Origin: Dehalococcoidia bacterium
GTDB taxonomy: Bacteria > Chloroflexota > Dehalococcoidia > GIF9 > AB-539-J10
Direction of reading: 5' to 3'
DNA: 64,000 nt
Assembly (NCBI GenBank): GCA_030612025.1
Contig: JAUWOR010000001.1
Coordinates: 135,234 to 199,233 of the forward strand
A model generated the notes under the pieces. It did not search any database, had not been told where the DNA came from, and worked only from the letters and a program-made list of their open reading frames with translations. A program made the translations under genes and the position numbers. Positions 30,352 to 39,810 of this stretch are shown piece after piece. The first letter of the stretch is position 1. Each line of letters opens with the position of its first letter.

Positions 30352-31002
30352 ATGACCACAAATAGAGAAGTATTCGACCAAATAGCTGAAAGCTGGTATC
30401 GGGTAAGACACTGGCCCCGGTTAAGGAAAGAGCTGGAAGAACTAGCCCAAAGGTGGCAAAGGGGGGAATTGCTTAATGTTGGCTGCGCCCACGGTCCCGA
30501 CTTCCTGTCTTTCACACAGGGCTTCGGACTGTGGGGGATAGATTTCTCTTCACAAATGCTCAAGCAAGCACAGAGATATTCACTTAAATTCAATTTTTAT
30601 GTCAACCTAATAGCAGCTGATATGCTTTCGCTACCCTTCCCTGACAACACCTTCGACTGGGCAATCGCAGTGGCCGCTTATCACCACATAAAGGGCAAGA
30701 ACAACAGAGAAAAGGCATTTTGTGAATTAAAACGGGTGCTAAAACCGGGAGGCGAAGCTTTCCTGACCGTATGGAACCGGGGGCAGCCAAGGTTCTGGCT
30801 AAAATCCAAAGAGCAAGAAGTTCCCTGGAGGCTAAGAGGTAAAACCGTTTACCGCTATTACCACCTCTTCTCCTATGGCGAGTTAAAAAAACTACTCACC
30901 CAGGTTGGCTTTGAAATTATCACCATCTCTCCCGAGAGATCCTACCACTTCCCCATAAAGAACTTCTCCCGCAATATATGCATCCTGCTAAAGAAATCCT
31001 AA
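30352..31002 (+). CDS. Class I SAM methyltransferase, Trm9/ALKBH8-like
   Basis: VFDQIAESWYRVRHWP, LNVGCAHG, AIAVAAYHHI, ELKRVLKPGG..TVW, VPW, RYYHLF..GEL. Confidence 0.75.
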   Translation: MTTNREVFDQIAESWYRVRHWPRLRKELEELAQRWQRGELLNVGCAHGPDFLSFTQGFGLWGIDFSSQMLKQAQRYSLKFNFYVNLIAADMLSLPFPDNTFDWAIAVAAYHHIKGKNNREKAFCELKRVLKPGGEAFLTVWNRGQPRFWLKSKEQEVPWRLRGKTVYRYYHLFSYGELKKLLTQVGFEIITISPERSYHFPIKNFSRNICILLKKS

Positions 31003-31520
31003 ATCCTAAGCACTAAATTCTAAACAAAATCAATAAATATCAAAAATCAAAGATAAAAAATCAAAGTGACAAATTAAAATGCAAAGATGTTTCATTTTCT
31101 TCCTTTCAGAGTTAGTATGCTAGTGGCGAGTATATTAGCAATCTCTGTGGCCTCTTTTAGAAGTTTATTAACGGTGTCTTTGTCACCTCTGTCGGAATCT
31201 CTGAGCAGTCCTAACCAGAACTTGCATTCATTTGCCGACTTCAGTGCATAAGCGAAGAAGTTGGTATAATCCTTCCTTGAAGAGGCTGCCTGAGCCTCGA
31301 TTACATTAGCACCAATACTGGTAGTGCTTCGTAAAAGCTGGTCACTGATGATCCTCGAGGTTTGCTCCACTGACAGCTTATCCACAAATCCGATTACATC
31401 CAGTGCAAATTTATAGACACGTCTCTTGAATTCATTTTTAAATTTTGCCTTGTCATTTTGCATTTTTACTTTTACATTTTTATTTCGTTTTGGGCATTTG
31501 ATGTTGCTTAGGATTTCTAA
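30994..31520. repeat. Inward-facing heptamer arrays with 12-bp inverted repeat flanking the four-helix-bundle gene
   Basis: AAATCCTAAGCA at 31001-31012 and its reverse complement at 31505-31516; AAATCCT/AAAAATC/AAAAATG periodicity. Confidence 0.75.
31092..31463 (-). CDS. Four-helix-bundle (23S rRNA IVP-like) protein
   Basis: QLLRSTTSIGANVIEAQAASSRKDY..ALKSANECKFWL. Confidence 0.9.
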   Translation of the reverse strand: MQNDKAKFKNEFKRRVYKFALDVIGFVDKLSVEQTSRIISDQLLRSTTSIGANVIEAQAASSRKDYTNFFAYALKSANECKFWLGLLRDSDRGDKDTVNKLLKEATEIANILATSILTLKGRK

Positions 31521-31525
31521 CTGTA

Positions 31526-34500
31526 TTACGGACTTGGTTGCTCACTGGATGGGTCTTGACCCACCTTCACCTTCTCAGGAAAGCCAGCTTCGACAAGGCC
31601 AATGAAAACCTCCACCAGCTGGGGGTCAAACTGCTTACCAGCGCCTTGCCTAAGCTGTTTTATCACTTTGTCATCGCAGAAGGCATCACGATAAGGGCGA
31701 GCAGAAGTCATGGCAGCGAAGGCGTCAGCTATAGCCAGAATGCGAGCATCCAAAGGAATAGTCTCGCCTTTAAGCCCCTCAGGATAGCCAGTGCCATCCC
31801 ACCTCTCATGGTGGTATAAAATGGCAGGCAAACAAGAAACTAAACTAGGCACATTACCAACAATGTTGGCCCCAAATTTGGGATGAGACTTAATTGCTTC
31901 CCAGTCCTCAGTAGTAAGCTTCCCCTTTTTGTTCAGTACCTTATCAGGAATACCAATCTTACCAATATCATGAAGCAAAGCAGCCGTGCTTACTCTAGAC
32001 ACCTCGTCAGGTGACAAGCCGATCGCCTCAGCCAAAGCCACAGCATAAGTGTTAACTTTCCTGGAATGACCATAAGTATAATGGTCTCTAGCATCCACTG
32101 CTGAGACCAAGGCATAGACAGCGCTTAAGCCACCTCCTCTGGCATTAGCCCCTGCCTCGATTGGTGGCTCAGACAAAATTTTAGCCGAGAGATAAGTTCG
32201 ATTGCCGCCGGTGCGCTTGGCATAATAAAGAGCAGTATCACTTGCAGTGATCAACTCACCGGACATCACTCCATCAGAAGGATAGCTAGCCAAACCAATG
32301 CTGCAAGTTATGGCGACTTCCTTAGCTTTCATTTCGCTGGCAATCTGCTCCCGAACTCTTTCAGCTACCACGTAAGCATCTTCGCTAATTGTCTGAGGCA
32401 AAATGACGATAAACTCATCACCACCATACCGGAAAGCCTGGTCAGCATTCCTGATAGAGCTCTTGATGATACTACCTATTTGGTCCAGAAGCTCATCGCC
32501 AGCAGGGTGTCCATATATATCGTTGTAGGTCTTAAAGCCATCGAGGTCGAGCATGAGCAAGGAGAATATATTACCGTAGCGGGAATGTCGGGCAATTTCT
32601 TCTTTAAGCCGCTCTTCAAAATGGCGACGGTTAAATAGCCCGGTGAGCTCATCAATGCGAGCCCTCTGCTCCGCCCTAGCATAGAGCTGGGAGTTCTCAA
32701 TGGGTGTAGCAATCTGCAAAGCCAAGTGCTCCAGAAGTCGTATTTGCTCGGTATTATAGGCAGCAGCTCGGCGACTGGCCACAATCAAGCTGCCGATACC
32801 CCCACCCCGGACAACCAGGGGCAGGTAAACAATAGAGCGAACTCCCCGTCTCAGATGATGCTCTCCAGTCCAGAATCTTTTATGTCGTGCCAGATTAGCT
32901 TCATATAAGCTCCTCTTCTCCTTAGCCACCCACTCAGTAGCTGTGCCCTCAAGTGGTATCCTCTCCCCTACTTTCCACGCTGAACCGATAGTGCTAGATA
33001 GAGCTAAGAAACGAAGCTCAACTCCTTCAATCAAAGCAATTGTGCCCCAGTCAACATCAACTACCTCCTTTAGCGCTTGAGCAAAACCTTCAAATATCTC
33101 CTCGATGTTCATACTCGAGGTTATAATTGTAGTTAAACGATTGACGAGGGTTAATTCTTTGTCCTGCTGTTCCAATTGCTCATGGAGATATTCTTTTTCC
33201 ATACTGGCGGCCACCTGGCCAGCAATGGACTCCATTAAATCAAGCTCTTCAAGGCGATAAAGCTTTCCATTTCGCTTGTTGCCCACCGCCAAAATAGCCA
33301 CAAGCTCACCCCTATTTATTAAAGGAACGAGCATTTGTACTTTTGCCGATTGAATATCTTCTTTTTCCTCTTGCCACAAACCTTGAAATTCGGGGAGGAT
33401 GCTGAGGTTCCTTTCAGGTAGTGTTTGAGCCTCCCGCTTCAGCCAGGCCACAATAGGGCTATCATGCCTCACTTTCAACTTCGCTACAGGATTATCTTCC
33501 ACAGGAGGATAGCTAAATCGGGGAGCAAAATCTCCACTCTCAGTTTGGGGTAAAAGCAAACAGGCTCGGTGACAATCAATCGATTGAGAGAGTAAGGACA
33601 CAAGCTGGCTGCCAAACTGTTCCAGAGTGGGAACACTGTGTATTTTGGCGATAAAGTCATGTAATCTGTGCCGGGGCTCAATTCTCTCACCGTAGAAGAC
33701 TCGATCCACTCTCCCAAAAATTTTGTTACGCACCCGATACCAAAAAGGGGCTGCTATAGCTCCTGTGCATAACATGGCAATAATAATAGTAGGAAAGCCG
33801 AGCTCAAAGCCAAACGCTTTTAGGAGCAAGAGAAGCCCGGCAAAAAAGGTAACTACGAGTAAGGCAGCCATGCCGCTGAAACTCAACGCCTCACGGAGAA
33901 CAACTCTGACATCGAGCAACTTATGCCTTACCACAGCATAGGTCAAGATACCAGCATTGAGTAAATTGCCAACATGGGCAAAAGGATACCCCCTTCCAAA
34001 AGGAAAGAAAGTGCTCGAGGTAAAAGTAATCAAAATAGCAACACCCATGAATAAATAAACAATTTGGTTGCGCTCTGCTGGGTCAGCTAAAACCCTGTGC
34101 CGGCGAGCTAAAGAATATATGTCTCTGCCACCCAAGGCGAAGATGCCGGAAACTATGAGAATATACCAACTACCATACTGAACATTGATGCCGCTAGCAG
34201 TAATATCCATACCCTGTGGGATATAGCCCAGCGCTGCCAACACAATCATGCTTACTACCAAAACGTAGGCCAAGGGTATTTTGATGTGCTGACGCCGATA
34301 AAAAGAACATAAAAAGTAATGATATTGAACCCCCATCCAGATGCCAAAGCAGATGCCAACTTTAGTCAGAAGGAGCCTATGCGGCACAAGAAAGCCGCTG
34401 CGGAAGAAAAAGCCGCTAAGGCTCCACAGCACGGCAGGAATCAGCAATAGAAGGAAAAACTTTTGTTTTCTACCCCAGGGGCGGTTGCTTAACAAAACGA

Positions 34501-34558
34501 CAAACAGGGGGATATAAGCAATGGTGGCAATTAAAGGGATTAAAGCCTGAATATTCAT
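31526..34558 (-). CDS. Membrane sensor with 2 GAF, GGDEF and HD-GYP domains
   Basis: N-terminal multi-TM region; RNAD..RYGGDEF; LLHDIGK, HHERWDGTGYP. Confidence 0.92.
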   Translation of the reverse strand: MNIQALIPLIATIAYIPLFVVLLSNRPWGRKQKFFLLLLIPAVLWSLSGFFFRSGFLVPHRLLLTKVGICFGIWMGVQYHYFLCSFYRRQHIKIPLAYVLVVSMIVLAALGYIPQGMDITASGINVQYGSWYILIVSGIFALGGRDIYSLARRHRVLADPAERNQIVYLFMGVAILITFTSSTFFPFGRGYPFAHVGNLLNAGILTYAVVRHKLLDVRVVLREALSFSGMAALLVVTFFAGLLLLLKAFGFELGFPTIIIAMLCTGAIAAPFWYRVRNKIFGRVDRVFYGERIEPRHRLHDFIAKIHSVPTLEQFGSQLVSLLSQSIDCHRACLLLPQTESGDFAPRFSYPPVEDNPVAKLKVRHDSPIVAWLKREAQTLPERNLSILPEFQGLWQEEKEDIQSAKVQMLVPLINRGELVAILAVGNKRNGKLYRLEELDLMESIAGQVAASMEKEYLHEQLEQQDKELTLVNRLTTIITSSMNIEEIFEGFAQALKEVVDVDWGTIALIEGVELRFLALSSTIGSAWKVGERIPLEGTATEWVAKEKRSLYEANLARHKRFWTGEHHLRRGVRSIVYLPLVVRGGGIGSLIVASRRAAAYNTEQIRLLEHLALQIATPIENSQLYARAEQRARIDELTGLFNRRHFEERLKEEIARHSRYGNIFSLLMLDLDGFKTYNDIYGHPAGDELLDQIGSIIKSSIRNADQAFRYGGDEFIVILPQTISEDAYVVAERVREQIASEMKAKEVAITCSIGLASYPSDGVMSGELITASDTALYYAKRTGGNRTYLSAKILSEPPIEAGANARGGGLSAVYALVSAVDARDHYTYGHSRKVNTYAVALAEAIGLSPDEVSRVSTAALLHDIGKIGIPDKVLNKKGKLTTEDWEAIKSHPKFGANIVGNVPSLVSCLPAILYHHERWDGTGYPEGLKGETIPLDARILAIADAFAAMTSARPYRDAFCDDKVIKQLRQGAGKQFDPQLVEVFIGLVEAGFPEKVKVGQDPSSEQPSP

Positions 34559-34625
34559 AATGTGAGGCTATTATTGACATAAATGTGGAAGCTGTCAAGG
34601 GAGACTAAAGTAATACAAAAAGATT

Positions 34626-34867
34626 CGTAGCGCAGGGGCTTGTCCCCGCATGTTCCTCGCCAAATAAGGGGCGGACAAGGGCCTTCCCCATAATGGCCGA
34701 GGACAAGCCGCGGCACTACATTTGTACATCACATTGTAGTGCGTGGCTTTAGCCTCGTGCCCGGTAACGATGCACGACCCTAAAGGGTCGTACTACATTT
34801 ATGAGATTGCCATGCTTCGCTCGCAGTGACGAAAAGGAGAGGGGCGAGGCTTTAGCCTCGCCCCTAC
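34626..34867. repeat. Mixed REP/palindrome cluster
   Basis: GTAGCGCAGGGGCTTGTCCCCGC; family-1 doublet 34736-34796; GAGATTGCC..CGCAGTGAC; GGGGCGAGGCTTTAGCCTCGCCCCTAC. Confidence 0.75.
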
Positions 34868-34891
34868 GATTGTTTGGCTGCTAGGCTCAGT

Positions 34892-36562
34892 TCAGCGAGT
34901 AGCGGCTCGCTCGGCTTCAGTTACCGGCACAGCCTCCACTACAACCCTGGGAGCTCCAAGCAAGGAAAGCACTCTATCTGAAAGGTTAATATGCGGCGGC
35001 TTCAGGCTGCCCAAATCAGCACCCTCAGCCTGACGTTGAGAGATATAGCGAGCAAAAGCACCTTGAGGAAGAAAGGTAACCTCTATAGGCTTTAGGCCAA
35101 GCACAGTCTCCGGGTCACCGTAGACCCTGTATTGGTTATAGTGGTATACGCTATCCAGCTTTTGCAGTTCGCCATATACAGTTGCCGCTACAGCTTTTTC
35201 GCTGGCAATATAATTTTCCTTGAGTTCCAGATAGAGATGTAATATTGCCCCGTCTCCGATTGCTTCTTTACGGGCTGTCCAATCTTTATAAGGAATGCCG
35301 CTGTTTTCAATCGCTTCCCAAATCACTTTTTCTGTAAGACGCCCAAATCCGGAAATATCAATACGGTCATCAGCCCGGCTATAAAACAGCACCTGGGGGA
35401 TATCAATGTTCAACTTCTCATTTCGCCGCGAAGTTATCCTTATTATATCGCCAATCCTATACCTGACAAAGGCCCCACCATGAAAATTAGTAAGAACTAT
35501 CTCATAATTCTCACCCTCTTTTACTTCATCCAGTAAAATAGTTTTCGGCTGGTAAGAATGGTCTAATTGCCACTTGAAGCATTCCCCTTCAGGGATAAAT
35601 TCAAAGAAGCTGAAAGTGGGGATAAAAGTCATGCCTTCGTAATCCCAGGTTTGTATAGCACAATAGCCTCCTTCACAACTGGCATAATGCTCCAGAGGGC
35701 GTCTGCCCCATAACTCCTCCACTCTTTTCTTGAAAATTGTGGCATCACTGCCAGCGCATATTATCCCTCGCACTGCCCACAGGTCTTTGGGCAACAAAGA
35801 GCGACGAGCCAGCTTGCTCCTAACTAATCCTCTGGCTACTCGAAATAGTGCCCCGGGATGAGCTAACAAAAAACGGATGCTTATGTCTCCCGTTCCCCTC
35901 TTAATTTGCTCTCCCACATAGACTAATGCCGAGCCTAGGCCACCGAAACCATCAAGGCCACGGTATAGAGCTTCCTGGAAGCCAAGCTTTATGCACTGCT
36001 CAAAAGATAACTCTTCTCCCTGGGAAGGCAACAAGTCGCAGTTGATTGTTTCTTTTGTTAAGCAACCTAAAAAACCCGTCCCATACTCTGGAGCCCCTGT
36101 AGTATGCAACACCTTTAAGTGTTCCTTAAGCCTGGAGAGATCACCTTTACTCTTACAGGTGGAAAAAATAATCTCGGCTACCAGCACCCTCTCTAATTCA
36201 CGAACAAAACCCACCGAGAAGGGTATCCATTTAATATAGGATTTTTCCGACGTACCTGAAGTTCTCACCCATCTGGCAACCTTGGCTGGTAAGACGTCCT
36301 CCCTTCTTTCTATAAGTTCAGGGCAATAATCAGCATAGATGGTTAATGGCACCTGCTCTCGGAACTCCTCCACCGTGGTAGGCATGGCACCACGCATGAC
36401 CTTCTTGCCGAGCTTACAATTTTTCAGCAGCTCAATCTGCTCCAAAAGCAACCTCTTCTGGATATTCATAAATCGCTCCAAGCTGACGTCAATAAAACCA
36501 CAGCACGTCTGCCATAATTCTTCCTTTTCCCCCCGGCGTAATAACTCAATTGGCCTGGTCAT
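34892..36562 (-). CDS. GH3 (acyl-acid amido synthetase) family protein
   Basis: EFREQVPLT.Y, RTSGTS, YASCEG, FFEFIP, RYRIGDII. Confidence 0.85.
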   Translation of the reverse strand: MTRPIELLRRGEKEELWQTCCGFIDVSLERFMNIQKRLLLEQIELLKNCKLGKKVMRGAMPTTVEEFREQVPLTIYADYCPELIERREDVLPAKVARWVRTSGTSEKSYIKWIPFSVGFVRELERVLVAEIIFSTCKSKGDLSRLKEHLKVLHTTGAPEYGTGFLGCLTKETINCDLLPSQGEELSFEQCIKLGFQEALYRGLDGFGGLGSALVYVGEQIKRGTGDISIRFLLAHPGALFRVARGLVRSKLARRSLLPKDLWAVRGIICAGSDATIFKKRVEELWGRRPLEHYASCEGGYCAIQTWDYEGMTFIPTFSFFEFIPEGECFKWQLDHSYQPKTILLDEVKEGENYEIVLTNFHGGAFVRYRIGDIIRITSRRNEKLNIDIPQVLFYSRADDRIDISGFGRLTEKVIWEAIENSGIPYKDWTARKEAIGDGAILHLYLELKENYIASEKAVAATVYGELQKLDSVYHYNQYRVYGDPETVLGLKPIEVTFLPQGAFARYISQRQAEGADLGSLKPPHINLSDRVLSLLGAPRVVVEAVPVTEAERAATR

Positions 36563-36601
36563 AGCACACCTCCTATACCGTTTGCCATATTGCCATCCAG
36601 C

Positions 36602-38275
36602 TCAGCGAGCAGCGGCTCGCTCAGCTTCGGTTGTCGGCACAGCTTCCACCACAACCCTGGGAGCTCCGAGCAAGGAAAGCACTTTATCAGAGGGATTAAT
36701 ATGCGGCGGCTTCAGATGCCCTAAATCGGCTCCTTCAGCCTGCCGCTGGGAGATATAGCTGGAAGAGGCACCTTGAGGAAGGAAAGTAACCTGTATCGGC
36801 TTTAGATCAAGCAGTTTTGCCGCCTCACCATAGGCAAACTTATAAAGATTGAAATTATATATGCTATCTAATTTCTGAAACTCCTCGTACACCGCGGCTG
36901 TCACGGCTTGTTCGCTGGCGATGTAGTCATCTTTAAGCTCAAGATAGATGTGCAATGCCGGCTTGTCACCAATTACTTCCTTACGGGCTACCCAATCGGC
37001 ATAAGGAATGCCCGTGTTTTCAATCGCCTCCCAGATGAGTTTCTCAGTAATGTGGCCGAAGCCAAATATATCAATAAGTTCATCAGCTCGCCTCTCAAAT
37101 ACCATTTGGGGGATATCAATATTCAGCTTTTCATCTCGCAGTGAAGTTATCCTGACCATATCACCGATTCTATATCTAACCAAGGCACCACCATGAAAAT
37201 TGGTGATGACTATCTCATAATTCTCACCAGCTTTCACCTCTTCCAGCAAAACAGTCTTGGGTTGATATGAGCGGTCTAATTGCCACTTGAACCATTCCCT
37301 CTCTGGAACAAACTCATAAAAGTTAAGGCTGGGAACAAAAGTCATCCCTTCATAATCCCAGGCCTGCATAGCACAAATACCGCCTTCTGTGCTGCTATAG
37401 ATCTCGAGCGGAAATTTTCCCCAAAGTTCCTCCACCCTCTTCTTAAATACTCCTGCATCTACGCCGCTACCCGCAATCCCTTTGATTGACCATAGGTCTT
37501 TGGGCAACATAGGACGACGAGCTAATTTGCTTTTGACTAATGCCTTTGTCACGCGGAACAGCGCCCTAGGATGAGACAACAGAGGGCGAATATTTGTCTT
37601 TCCTCTTTTCTGTTTGAACCGCTCCCCGATAGCGACTAGGACAGAGGGCAAGCCACCGAAGACATCAATTCCTTGATACAACCCCTCCTCAAAGCCAGCT
37701 TTTATCCTCTGCTCAAAAGACATCTCTTCCCCTTTAGAAGGCAACAAATCACAACCTATAGCCTGTCGCACTAAGCAAGCCATTATACCTGATGCATACT
37801 CTGGAGGTCCCATGGTGAATAACATTCTTAAGTGCTCTTTAAGTCTGGAAGTATCACCTCGACTGCTACAGATCCCAAGGAGAGCAAGCCCTCCGGCCAC
37901 TTTTTCATATTCACGGGCAAAATCCTCCGACATAGGCACCCACTTAACATCATACTCTCCGGTCTTGCCCGAAGTACGCACCCAGTGAGCAACCTTGGCT
38001 GGCAAGACATCTTCCCTTTTCTCCACCAGCTCAGGGAGATAATCACCATAGGTGGTTAAAGGCACCTGCTCTCGAAATTCCTCCACAGTCTCGGGCATAG
38101 CCCCACGCATTACCTTCCGGCCCAACTCACAATTCTTTAATAGCTCAATTTGCTCCAGCAGCAATCGTTTCTGGATGTCCATAAACTGCTCCAAGCTGAG
38201 GTCAATAAAGCCGCAGCACATCTGCCATAGTTCCTCTTTTCTCCCCTGCCGCAGTAAATCAATCGGCCTAATCAT
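36602..38275 (-). CDS. GH3 family protein, tandem paralogue
   Basis: RTSGKTG, YSSTEG, FYEFVP, LVRYRIGDMV. Confidence 0.85.
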   Translation of the reverse strand: MIRPIDLLRQGRKEELWQMCCGFIDLSLEQFMDIQKRLLLEQIELLKNCELGRKVMRGAMPETVEEFREQVPLTTYGDYLPELVEKREDVLPAKVAHWVRTSGKTGEYDVKWVPMSEDFAREYEKVAGGLALLGICSSRGDTSRLKEHLRMLFTMGPPEYASGIMACLVRQAIGCDLLPSKGEEMSFEQRIKAGFEEGLYQGIDVFGGLPSVLVAIGERFKQKRGKTNIRPLLSHPRALFRVTKALVKSKLARRPMLPKDLWSIKGIAGSGVDAGVFKKRVEELWGKFPLEIYSSTEGGICAMQAWDYEGMTFVPSLNFYEFVPEREWFKWQLDRSYQPKTVLLEEVKAGENYEIVITNFHGGALVRYRIGDMVRITSLRDEKLNIDIPQMVFERRADELIDIFGFGHITEKLIWEAIENTGIPYADWVARKEVIGDKPALHIYLELKDDYIASEQAVTAAVYEEFQKLDSIYNFNLYKFAYGEAAKLLDLKPIQVTFLPQGASSSYISQRQAEGADLGHLKPPHINPSDKVLSLLGAPRVVVEAVPTTEAERAAAR

Positions 38276-38297
38276 AGTTACACCTCCTACTAAATTT

Positions 38298-38420
38298 GAG
38301 GCTATTCATTTCATTCCTCTAAGACGCATCTGTTTTCCTAACGTAGTGCGACCCTTCAGGGTCGTGCATCGCTAACCGGGCACGAGGCTAAAGCCTCGCA
38401 CTACGTTTTTGAACAGCCTC
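38298..38420. mobile_element. REP-carrying MITE-like element
   Basis: TIR GAGGCTATTCAT / TTGAACAGCCTC; flanks AATTT/AATTA. Confidence 0.65.
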
Positions 38421-38545
38421 AATTATTAGCTTGAGGACACTATGACAGGGCTTAATTTAATTGGGAAGTGATTATGTTCTAGAAGATAGTTCTATTTGAA
38501 GCTGTAAAAAGTATGACTGCGGGGAAAATGTGGGAAAGGTGTTTC

Positions 38546-38866
38546 TTAACCGCTCTTGCCTTTTTGGGAGCTGCCCAGAGCTTGTAACCTCTGGCTTAAT
38601 TGCTCGAATTCCTTATCCTTAGGCTGCTTGCCTAGTTCCAGCCCATAGCTAATGAAGAACTCCAGGAAATTACGTAATAGCTCTTTCGTTCCTTCCTGAA
38701 ACTGGCGAAACTCTTCTCTGCTTACCCCATCATGCCTCTTACTTTCTTCTTTCAATTGGTTATCAATGAGAAAGTCAATGAACTCGGAACGACCCAGGTC
38801 ACCACGATTGTCGTCTATCTTTTTCACCAGTTCAGCATCTACTATCAGCATTCTTTTTTCAGACAT
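38546..38866 (-). CDS. Hypothetical protein, possible ribbon-helix-helix N-terminus
   Basis: RMLIVDAELVKKIDDNRGDLGRSEFIDFLI; RBS GAGGAG. Confidence 0.7.
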   Translation of the reverse strand: MSEKRMLIVDAELVKKIDDNRGDLGRSEFIDFLIDNQLKEESKRHDGVSREEFRQFQEGTKELLRNFLEFFISYGLELGKQPKDKEFEQLSQRLQALGSSQKGKSG

Positions 38867-38907
38867 ATAACGCTCCTCTCAAATCATGATACCCCCTACA
38901 TTTTATT

Positions 38908-39004
38908 CAGGCTGTTTAATTTTGCCTCATCCGGATTCTCGTAGTGCGACCCTTTAGGGTCGTGCACGAGGCTAAAGCCTCGCACTACATTTTTAAACAC
39001 CTTC
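38908..39004. mobile_element. REP-carrying MITE-like element with a minimal family-1 doublet
   Basis: CAGGCTGTTTAATTTTGCCTCATCCGGATTCTC-[REP doublet]-ATTTTTAAACACCTTC; no clear TSD. Confidence 0.7.
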
Positions 39005-39077
39005 ATGTTAAATAGGGGGTGACCTTTACAACCTTCTTGTTCTCAGGCACCCCCACGATAACCGCAATGCTCAAGCC

Positions 39078-39362
39078 CTAAGCTCCATTGCCATCCCGGA
39101 ACCCGAGCACTTCCATTATACTATCTATATTCCTAAGCAGCCCCAACCCCTTGTCGGTCACCCGGTAGGTAACTATTGGGTTACCCACCTCCACTTTATT
39201 AATAAACCCATGACTCAACAGAAAACCAAGATATTTCTGTATCTGGCTGTAGCTCATATTGGCGCTATACATAATCTCCGTTTTGCCAGCACCATTTTCG
39301 CCTACCTTGAGCATATCAGCTATTATCTCGATGTTAGACCGACGCCGATTCATTGTCACCAC
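39078..39362 (-). CDS. Archaeal-type winged-helix regulator
   Basis: RRSNIEIIADML..GKTEIMYSANMSY..YL..YRVTDKG. Confidence 0.8.
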   Translation of the reverse strand: MVTMNRRRSNIEIIADMLKVGENGAGKTEIMYSANMSYSQIQKYLGFLLSHGFINKVEVGNPIVTYRVTDKGLGLLRNIDSIMEVLGFRDGNGA

Positions 39363-39379
39363 TCCACTCCTATCACCTA

Positions 39380-39513
39380 TAGGCTATCTAATTTTGGTTC
39401 CCCATTCAAGTTCAGCCATCTCAGAGGTGTTTCACCCCCAAATTTTTGTAGTTGCCTGATTTATCAGGCACAGTCGCCCAATAAATTGGGCACCTACATT
39501 TTTAAACGGCCTT
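39380..39513. mobile_element. REP-carrying MITE-like element with family-2 cargo
   Basis: Shell matches 27700-27833 in the opposite orientation; TIR ..TTAAACGGCCTT. Confidence 0.7.
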
Positions 39514-39755
39514 ATTACTATCGTCCTATGACCATTTTACCACAGGCAGAAAAGTTGTCAATAGAACAATGTTCTACCTTGTCTAATGTGGCGGGCGAAC
39601 CTTTAGGTTCGCCCATTGACACTGGAGCCTTGACATTACGAGACTCCCTTGTCATTGCGCTCCTCGCAATGACTAAGCAATCTCATTGGGTTGGGACTCG
39701 TCGCTACTCACCGCCCTATCAATGGTAATTAGCTGACCTAAGAGGGAGTGTCAAT

Positions 39756-39804
39756 TGACCTAGGACTAAAAGGTCATTGACAAGGCGGCAGATTATGTTA
39801 ATGT
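39756..39804 (+). promoter_or_regulatory. pilB promoter with upstream palindromic operator
   Basis: TGACCT-N9-AGGTCA abutting TTGACA-16-TAATGT (extended TG); ATG 6 nt downstream. Confidence 0.6.
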
Positions 39805-39810
39805 TCAATC

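Noticed and set aside
31092-31463. DGR accessory protein Avd or rRNA intervening sequence
   Set aside because: No reverse transcriptase, TR/VR pair or rRNA gene in the window
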